From positions 182,675-246,674 of the forward strand of contig NIVC01001713.1 of assembly GCA_002269645.1 (NCBI GenBank): DNA of 64,000 nucleotides, in the 5' to 3' direction. How positions within the stretch are numbered: the first letter of the stretch is position 1; every line of letters starts with the position of its first letter. The notes under the pieces are model-generated. The model was not told the origin of the DNA. It searched no databases and saw only the letters and a list, made by a program, of their open reading frames with translations. The stretch comes from Macrostomum lignano. Lineage: Eukaryota. A program made the translations under genes and the position numbers. Positions 55,537 through 64,000 of this stretch are shown here, piece by piece.

Positions 55537-58500
55537 CTAACGGCCCTTATTTCCGTCATCATCATCCTCGGACTCGGAATCCGGCACCGTCCAGGTGCTG
55601 TCGTTGCGAACGCGCGAACTGGCTTGCGCCTCCGCCTGGGCCTCGGCAGCTTCGACAGCCATCCAGGCGGCCTCGTCGTCGTCATTATCGTTGACTCCCT
55701 TCGCCGAAAACTTGTCCTCGTCGTCGTCGTCACCGTCGTAGCCGCCGCGCGCCCAGCTGCTGCCGGCGGCTCCCCGGTCGCGCAGCTCCGCGGCCGCCCT
55801 GGACAGACGTTTGTGCGCGTCCGACTGCGTTTCGGACAGGCGATGGCCGGCGTTGGCCAGGAAAGCGCTGGCCGATTCGGCCAGGTTAGAGAGGCGGGCC
55901 AGGCTGGCCGTGTCAGACTTGTCGATGCGCTTGGCCTGCGGTTTTTGGCGAATCATGGAGAGACGCAAAGATAGGGGCATGCGCTTTGTAAACTACTTTT
56001 GATCAGTAGTATTGCTCTTATCAGGCTAAGAGAAGTTCAGCGGTTAACGTTAGTGCGCACGCTAAGGCCTATTTTTCCTAATAAAAACTTCCCAATATCT
56101 GTAAACACTACTATCGAAAATGCCGATAATTGTTAACTGTATCTAACCTGAAATTCGTGAGCCGTCCTGTCCAACAGCTCAATCACGGCTAGGCAGGCGG
56201 CCCTCTGCTCATAGCTAGGCGTCTGTCTCATTTTGGCGGCCAGTTCTAGCAAAGCCAGGCAGTAGCTTAGGCTGGACACTCGCTTATCTGTCAGGCACTT
56301 GTCCAGCTGGTTAGCAAGGCGCAGCGCCTGCTCTCTGTCCGAGTCGGCCGGGAGCTGCGAGGCCAGGCGGATCAGGGTGGCCGCGTGGTCAGACGTCATC
56401 TCCGACTGGATGCTGCTGATCTGCAGCTGGATGGCGGAGAGTTCAGGGGCTCGGGTTGGATTGAATAAAATACTTGGACTGTCTGAATTCCTCGATTCCT
56501 GCTTGCCTTCTTCCCCTTTGCTGCCCTGCTCATCCCTCTTCTCGTCACTCTCCGCTCCTCTCGTCATTCTACCGTTCCTCTCTCGTCACTCTCCCGCTCC
56601 TCTCGTCATTCTACCGTTCCTCTCTCGTCACTCTCCGCTCCTCTCGTCATTCTACCGTTCCTCTCTCGTCACTCTCCCGCTCCTCTCGTCATTCTACCGT
56701 TCCTCTCTCGTCACTCTCCCGCTCCTCTCGTCATTCTACCGTTCCTCTCTCGTCACTCTCCCGCTCCTCTCGTCATTCTACCGTTCCTCCCTCGTCACTC
56801 TCCCGCTCCTCTCGTCATTCTACCGTTCCTCTCTCGTCACTCTCCCGCTCCTCTCGTCATTCTACCGTTCCTCTCTCGTCACTCTCCCGCTCCTCTCGTC
56901 ATTCTACCGTTCCTCCCTCGTCACTCTCCCGCTCCTCTCGTCATTCTACCGTTCCTCTCTCGTCACTCTCCCGCTCCTCTCGTCATTCTACCGTTCCTCT
57001 CTCGTCACTCTCCCGTTCCTCTCTGGTCACTCTCCCGTTCCTCCCTCGTCACTCTCCCGTTCCTCTCTCGTCACCCTTCCGTTCCTCTCTGGTCACTCTC
57101 CTGTTTCTCTCTTGTCACTCTCCCGTTCCTCCCTCGTCACTCTCCTGTTCCTCTCTGGTCACTCTCCCGTTCCTCTCTCGTCACTCTCCCGTTCCTCTCT
57201 GGTCACTCTTCCGTTCCTCTCTGGTCACTCTTCCGTTCCTCTCTCGTCACTCTCCCGTTTCTCTCTCGTCACTCTTCCGTTCCTTTCTCGTCACTCTCCC
57301 GTTCCTCTCTCCTCACTCTCCCATCCTCTCAAAATCCCCCATAAAAATCTCACCGCATCGTCCCGTCGCCGCCGCCTCCGATCGTACACGAATTCATTGT
57401 TGAGCACATCTGAGAAGCCGGCCAGAGACCTGCGCAGTTCGGCCATAAACTGGGGATCTCGGACAGCCGGATGCTGATCAGCAAACATTTCTTCAACAAT
57501 TTCAGCGCACCGATAGAAAGCTTTGCCGGGCGCCAATATGTTGGGATTGGTGAGCTCGGCAAACTGCAAGCACCGAGCCATGAGGCCGGGCAGCCGGTGC
57601 ACGGCCTGCTTAGCTACGCACTTGCGCATCAGCCGGATCAGATGGCTGAGCATAGCAACGCCAGACGGCTCGATCCGATCCGAATAGTAATTAATGGCAG
57701 CATCTAAATCGGCGCCCCGATCGGTGAGCAGATTCAACAGGTGATATTCGTACACTATGCGACGCTCTTTGAAGGTGCCCAGAGTGGACACGAAAGCGCC
57801 GGAGTGCAGCAACGAATCGAGCTGCTCGCTCAGGGCCCGGCTGGCGTAGACCCGGCAGGCCAGGTAGGCAGCTGTGGGGAAGAAGGCCAGGTCGTCCGGA
57901 CTGGCGGTGTCCAGCGGATCGGGCGGATTCGAGCACAGGTCGGCCAGCAGAGACGGCAGCAGGCCCGGCCGGGCAGCCGGGGGCAGGCCTGGGTTCGACA
58001 GCCACTCGGTTGGGCCTTGGAGCCTGGGGTGACGGGGTTGGGTACAATGTAGGGTTAGGCTAATGGGAGGCTTGGGTCAGCCACAGGTCTATTCTTAACA
58101 ACTGGGAGACTCTACAGATGAGAATCTCACCCCGAATCTATCATATTCGAATGAGAGGCTTAGATGAGAATCTCATCCCTAATCTATCACCTGCAAATGA
58201 GAGACTTAGATGAGAATCTCACCCCTAATCTAGAACCTGCAAATGAGAGACTTAGATGAGAATCTCACCCCTAATCTAGAACCTGCAAATGAGAGACTTA
58301 GATGAGAATCTCACCCCTAATCTAGCACCTGCAAATGGGAGACTTAGATGATAATCTCACCCCTAATCTATCACCTGCAAATGAGTATCTTCCAGACAAA
58401 CTCACTTATCAAGCAGAGAATTCTTGAGCTGATCGGCGTAGGCAGCCCGCAGTGCGGCAGTGCCGGTGGCCAGACTAAGCCGAGTCTCCACGCCGCGCTC

Positions 58501-59748
58501 GCGCATCTCGGCCAGCAGGCTGCACACCAGTTTCGCTCGCCCACCGTCTGGCGCATCCTTGGCCAGGGCCAGGCCGGACAGCAATGCCCGATAGGCGCTG
58601 GCGTCCGGTTGGCCGGGCAACCGGCGGAATGCGGCCAGAACGGCCGGCCAGCTGCGGCGGTGCGCGCCAACGGCTAGCAGGGCGGCAACGTGGCTCTCGG
58701 CGTCCAGCTGGGGATCTTCGGCCACCTCAGCGTACAGATCCAAGCATTCGGCATAGGCGCCATGCCGGCAGTGGGCCTTCAGCATAGCAGCTTTGGCGGC
58801 CAGGCTGACTGGCTGGGCGAGACTGCGATAGACGGCTCGGGCCGGATTGTCCGAAGCCATCCAGGCGGCCGCCAGCTCGGCCATGGCCGGGGCAACGAGG
58901 GGCCGATCGGCGAAGTAGATCTCCTCCGGGCTGATGTCGCGGAGCGGCGGATCCGAGCCGGCGTGATAGGCGAGCAGCTCCAGTAGGCTCTGCCTGCGGA
59001 GCGAGGTAGGGGGCGAACACCGAGTTGAGTTGAGACCGAAGCCCCCGAAACTAATGTATCAATGAGCGCATTTGTATAAGGGCGCTACGGAATAAAGGCG
59101 CCTGTTATAAGGGCGCACTGCCATACGCGCAAAACTGTTATAAGCGCGCATTGCAATACGCGCAAAACTGTTACAAGCGCGCACTGCCATACGCGCAAAC
59201 TGTATAACATCAAGCATGAAATAGCGGGCATATATGCAGCAGAATCCTCACTTGACATCGTCGCTAACTCCGGAACCGTCACTAATCAGCTTATTGTACA
59301 TCCGCCAGCTCAGATCCACCTGTTCCAAATCGATTAGCAATCTCAGATTCTCCTCGTTGTTCTCCAGCCCGTCAACAGATCTCAGCGGCCGCCAAGCCGG
59401 CACAGGCGGGCACTCCATGTTCAACTGGGCCAGCTGTGCCGCGTCCGATTGCAGGAATCGCCTGGCCAAGTTTCGGCCAGACCGTCTGGCCAGCATCAGG
59501 TCGCCTTGGCGGTAGCGCAGGAACAGGCTATCGTCGATGGCGTAGTGCGGAACGGCGTCAGCCTCTACGCTGACGGTGCCGGCTAGGCATTTCAACACCG
59601 TGAACTCGTCGCGTTCAACTGGACTGGGCAGCTGGTTGCGCAGCTGGGGATCCGGGACTCGGCTAGCCTGGAAGCTCCGCCGCTGACGGCAGCACCGACC
59701 GCCTCCGCTGCCGCTGGCTGCCAGCCTCAGGGCGCGTTGAAGCAGCAT
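55537..59748 (-). CDS. PTCD3: Pentatricopeptide repeat protein PTCD3 / mitoribosomal mS39, 5 exons, 808 aa
   Basis: Exons 59748-59252, 58993-58406, 58023-57354, 56420-56148, 55935-55537 (2427 nt, phases compatible). Arg-rich mitochondrial presequence; VLKCLAGTV...DDSLF...LMLARRSGRNLARRFL, LLELLAYHAG and PDDLAFFPTAA parallel PTCD3 motifs; PPR-like DASAYRALLSGL; acidic C-terminal tail. The exon 4 acceptor is approximate. Confidence 0.82.
56535..57320. repeat. 42-bp pyrimidine-rich minisatellite in PTCD3 intron 3
   Basis: CTCTCGTCATTCTACCGTTCCTCTCTCGTCACTCTCCCGCTC. Confidence 0.95.
58115..58400. repeat. 46-bp minisatellite in PTCD3 intron 2
   Basis: ATGAGAATCTCACCCCTAATCTAGAACCTGCAAATGAGAGACTTAG; period 46 (58210 to 58256). 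Confidence 0.92.
59085..59210. repeat. 33-bp degenerate repeat in PTCD3 intron 1
   Basis: TGTTATAAGCGCGCAYTGCMATACGCGCAAAAC, about 3-4 copies. Confidence 0.8.
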
Positions 59749-59784
59749 TCGGCCTTTGGTGTACTGCGGAGTGTACAGAGTGTT

Positions 59785-60715
59785 GTCTCAGTTGAGCTGG
59801 GTCTGAGACTGCTGATTGAGCTGGAGTCTGAGACTGTGCTGATTGAGCTGGGTCTGAGACTGCTGATTGAGCTGGAGTCTGAGACTGTGCTGATTGAGCT
59901 GGAGTCTGAGACTGTGCTGATTGAGCTGGATCTGAGACTGTGCTGATTGAGCTGGATCTGAGGCTGTGCTGATTGAGCTGGAGTCTGAGACTGTGCTGAT
60001 TGAGCTGGAGTCTGAGACTGTGCTGATTGAGCTGGATCTGAGACTGTGCTGATTGAGCTGGATCTGAGGCTGTGCTGATTGAGCTGGAGTCTGAGGCTGT
60101 GCTGATTGAGCTGGAGTCTGAGACTGTGCTAATTGAGCTGGAGTCTGAGACTGTGCTGATTGAGCTGGATCTGAGACTGTGCTGATTGAGCTGGATCTGA
60201 GGCTGTGCTGATTGAGCTGGAGTTTGAGACTGTGCTGATTGAGCTGGATCTGAGACTGTGCTGATTGAGCTGGGGTTTGAGGCTGTGCTGATTGAGCTGG
60301 ATCTGAGGCTGTGCTGATTGAGCTGGGGTTTGAGACTGCTGATTGAGCTGGGGTTTGAGACTGTGCTGATTGAGCTGGGGTTTGAGACTGTGCTGATTGA
60401 GCTGGATCTGAGGCTGTGCTGATTGAGCTGGAGTTTGAGACTGTGCTGATTGAGCTGGGGTTGAGGCTGTGCTGATTGAGCTGGGGTTGAGGCTGTGCTG
60501 ATTGAGCTGGGGTTTGAGGCTGTGCTGATTGAGCTGGGGTTTGAGGCTGTGCTGATTGAACTGGAGTCTGAGACTGCTGATTGAGCTGGGGTTTGAGACT
60601 GTGCTGATTGAGCTGGATCTGAGGCTGTGCTGATTGAGCTGGAGTTTGAGACTGTGCTGATTGAGCTGGGGTTGAGGCTGTGCTGATTGAGCTGGGGTTT
60701 GAGGCTGTGCTATTA
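59785..60715. repeat. 27/25-bp minisatellite upstream of the PTCD3 5' acceptor
   Basis: CTGATTGAGCTGGAGTCTGAGACTGTG. Confidence 0.95.
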
Positions 60716-61591
60716 GCCGACATAACAAATGCAGAAATTCCATTCCAGTCTTAACTTGAATAACAAAATTTACCCATACTTAATCTGCCCTACAGAAAAA
60801 GCCGAAATGAAGCAACACGCGCAGACACTCAACAATTAGAAAATGAAATCAAATCCATATAATGTAATTATCTTTTTACACATACACGACAGCGAATACG
60901 GTAGCACCAGAAAAACAACAATAGCACAGTGCCGCAGCAAAGCAAAACAGATTTTGGCTAGTAACAAATTTTGATTGCATAACACATGCCATTACTTCAC
61001 ACGATTATATAAACTGTTGCCTGTAGATAGGTTTGTGTACAGAATCAATTAAACATAGTCAAGAAGCGGTAGAAAAATGTATTGCACAGTTTAATAGCAT
61101 CTGACAAAAAATAACTGATTGAGATAGAATGAAAGAAAGCGGTTGAAAGTCTGAATAAATTGATAATACCAGTTGGAAACAAGTGCAATATTATTGTTAC
61201 TGATGAAAATGTATTTAATAAATATAGCAAAATATACATAAGCTTTCCGACATAATAGAGTCGCTAGCCAATGCGCTCGGAAAAGTTAAGCAGAACTGGC
61301 CGCGGTTAGTACATAGCTGAACTTGTGGCAGAACTACACAGGCTATTTTCCAATAGCTACCAAAGTAGAGATGAAAGAGATATCGAACAGAAGATATCAA
61401 AAGTGGATGAATAATGAGAAACAAAATAAGGTAGAATGCCTACCGATATGTAGAGAAATAGAATTTACATAAGTAAATTGTAGAAAAAAAAATTTTAATG
61501 GAATCGATTTCAGCTAGTCAGCTAGCTAGCAGTCACACAGGTGGGTGTATAGCGGCCCTTACTGAATGTACAACCCCCAAAAGACACGGAG

Positions 61592-62593
61592 TCAAAGCCT
61601 TATCAAAGCCTTAGAAGTCCACATTGCGCCTATTAGCGCTGTAACCGGGCAGCCTCGGCCGTTATTATTAATCTGGCTGACAGCATCTCCAACAGCGGCT
61701 GAGCCGGCCGTGAAATCGTCAACAGACGTCGCCAGTCGGTAGCGCGACCTGAGCAATGCAAACAGCAGCAGTCCGCCAAGCTGTATGCCGCTGAGTAGGT
61801 AGAAGTAGAAATCCATGTGGCACTCGGCGCAAATCCGGGTTGGATCAGTGGAACAGGCTAGGCGGCAGTTCGGGTTGCCCTGCTCGGACGGCTGGAACCA
61901 GACGCCAGCCCCGGCCAGACCCGAGACCAGCGCCACGCCTACGAAGCTGCCGCAGCCGCAGGTGAACCAGAATAAGCCAGTAATTAGGCCTTTCATGTTG
62001 CGAGGCGCGCCCTGTGTGTGTTTGCAGTGCTTGACTTGATTTGGCTGTTAATTACTGCAGGACTGCGGTGACAACAGATACCTGCTGGGTTGTCGGCCTG
62101 CCTATTTACCGCAACTACACCTGTATGGCCCTGTCTTTTGGTCCATTCTGGCTCGATTTGACTACTGCTCGGTCTGTCTTTGACCTGCCAACCTGTTTCT
62201 TTGCCTGTTTTTCAGTCTGTCTTTCGGTTTATTGGAGCCTCATGGTGTCTCTTACGAAAGACCCGTAGTGTCTGACTTGTCCACCTGTCTTAGTGTCTGT
62301 CTGTCTTAGTGTCTGTCTGTTTTAGTGTCTGTCTGTCTGTCTATCTGTCTTAGTGTCTGTCTGTCTGTCTGTCTGTCTTAGTGTCTGTCTGTCTTAGTGT
62401 CTGTCTGTCTTAGTGTCTGTCTGTCTTAGTGTCTGTCTGTTTTAGTGTCTGTCTGTCTGTCTATCTGTCTTAGTGTCTGTCTGTCTGTCTGTCTGTCTTA
62501 GTGTCTGTCTGTCTTAGTGTCTGTCTGTCTTAGTGTCTGTCTGTCTTAGTGTCTGTCTGTTTTAGTGTCTGTCTGTCTGTCTATCTGTCTTAG

Positions 62594-62626
<33 letters not shown>

Positions 62627-63205
62627 TAGTGTCTTGGTGTCTTAGTGTCTGTCTGTCTGTCTATCTGTCTTAGTGTCTGTGTGTCTGTCTGGCTTGTCCG
62701 CCTGTCTGTCTGTCTGTCTGTCAGCTGTGCCATGTGGATTTCCACACCAGCTGGGCCACAGTCAGCTCACCTGAAAGGCCAGCCGCAGACAGGCAACGGA
62801 CATAAAAGCTTCGGCCGTACCCATCAGGCAGTACTGGGGCACCTGCCACATTATGCTAACATTAGCTGCCGTATAATTCATATTGCCAATCTGCTGCTGA
62901 ACATAGTCCACAGGCCAGAGATTGGTTGAATTGCCCCACAGGACGCTGAGCCGGTAGGACTCGAGCACGCCAGCGCAGAGCACGGAGGCCAAGGCGATGG
63001 ACATGCCTAATAGGATCTGCGTAGCCAGACTGGGGTGCTTGCCCCGCCGCTCAAGCCAGGGGAATACCAGCTTAGTCAATAGCGGAATCAGCGCTATGAT
63101 CACCACAATGTCGCACAGCGATAGCCAAGCCGGCGGAATTGTCCGGTAGCGGGCGCGGAAAATGTTCGCTATTGAGCCGTCCAGCTGCAGGCGGAGGTGC
63201 AGGCC
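61592..63205 (-). CDS. SLC15A4: Last two exons of an SLC15A4-like proton-coupled peptide/histidine transporter (PTR2/POT family); 5' exons lie beyond the right edge
   Basis: Exons 63205-62771 and 62011-61592, phase 0. GLHLRL...IPPAWLSLCDIVVIIALIP; QILLGM; SIMWQVPQYCLMGTAEAF; LAFQ|GAPRNMKGLITGLFW...GSFVG; DFYFYLLSGIQ. Confidence 0.85.
62285..62725. repeat. (TGTC)n / TGTCTTAG compound repeat with 120-bp higher-order blocks
   Basis: Positions 62341, 62461 and 62581 begin identical blocks. Confidence 0.9.
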
Positions 63206-63235
63206 CTGGCGGCGGGTTCATAGTGGGGTAATGCA

Positions 63236-63915
63236 GTCACTGATCAGTCACTCTCAAACCATCAGAAGTCACTCAGTCACTGATCAGTCACTCTCAAACC
63301 ATCAGAAGTCACTCAGTCACTGATCAGTCACTCTCAAACCATCAGAAGTCACTCAGTCACTGATCAGTCAGTCTCAAACCATCAGAAGTCACTCAGCCAA
63401 TGATCAGTCACTCTCAAACCATCAGAAGTCACTCAGTCACTGATCAGTCACTCTCAAACCATCAGAAGTCACTCAGCCAATGATCAGTCACTCTCAAACC
63501 ATCAGAAGTCACTCAGTCACTGATCAGTCAGTCTCAAACCATCAGAAGTCACTCAGTCACTGATCAGTCACTCTCAAACCATCAGAAGTCACTCAGTCAA
63601 TGATCAGTCACTCTCAAACCATCAGAAGTCACTCAGTCACTGATCAGTCACTCTCAAACCATCAGAAGTCACTCAGTCACTGATCAGTCACTCTCAAACC
63701 ATCAGAAGTCACTCAGTCACTGATCAGTCACTCTCAAACCATCAGAAGTCACTCAGTCACCGATCAGTCACTCTCAAACCATCAGAAGTCACTCAGCCAA
63801 TGATCAGTCAGTCTCAAACCATCAGAAGTCACTCAGTCACTGATCAGTCACTCTCAAACCATCAGAAGTCACTCAGTCAATGATCAGTCCCTCTCAAACC
63901 ATCAAAAGTCACTAC
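63236..63915. repeat. 40-bp minisatellite (about 17 units) in an SLC15 intron
   Basis: TGATCAGTCACTCTCAAACCATCAGAAGTCACTCAGTCAC. Confidence 0.97.
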
Positions 63916-64000
63916 ATAAAACCGCAACTACATATCCCATCACATTTTAACACCGGACAGCAATAACAGAGCGCATAATAAATGTTACCTGCCACCAGAT

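Noticed and set aside
60129-60743. ORF MEFLHLLCRLIAQPQ... as the first PTCD3 exon
   Set aside because: It runs through the 27-bp array; the ATG at 59748 already gives a typical mitochondrial presequence.
63989-64000. Possible preceding SLC15 exon end (TGGCAG|GTAACA)
   Set aside because: Only 12 nt are visible and the phase-0 translation IWWQ does not match the expected family context, so it is not included in the model.

Overview
Eukaryotic (metazoan) genomic DNA with spliceosomal GT-AG introns. GC-rich exons and introns packed with private minisatellites suggest a macrostomid flatworm such as Macrostomum; this is inference only. I hand-assembled eight coding loci, all on the minus strand: (1) a 5' exon encoding an STPR/Helitron-N-terminal-like charged repeat (778-1118); (2) a 12-exon, 854-aa divergent ionotropic glutamate receptor with an N-terminal domain (3666-20780); (3) a novel PKC epsilon/eta with a 1-nt frameshift (26161-30050); (4) KRR1 (32039-33884); (5) an intronless cytochrome-b5-fused desaturase resembling plant/fungal sphingolipid delta-8 desaturases (48567-49985); (6) a Lines homolog (51407-54329); (7) PTCD3/mS39 (55537-59748); (8) the 3' exons of an SLC15A4-like peptide transporter (61592-63205). 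About 30 different tandem repeats fill introns and spacers. The AT-rich 34-48 kb gap holds a 3.8-kb TIR element, MITEs and CpG-depleted relics. Most long ORFs in the supplied track are repeat artefacts. The most interesting signals are: minisatellites whose unit is a copy of the adjacent exon-intron junction; 3' splice acceptors just upstream of five start codons in a fully co-oriented array (trans-splicing/operon candidates); the SLD-like desaturase; and sharply bounded CpG deserts. I found no CRISPR array, rRNA or prokaryotic features.
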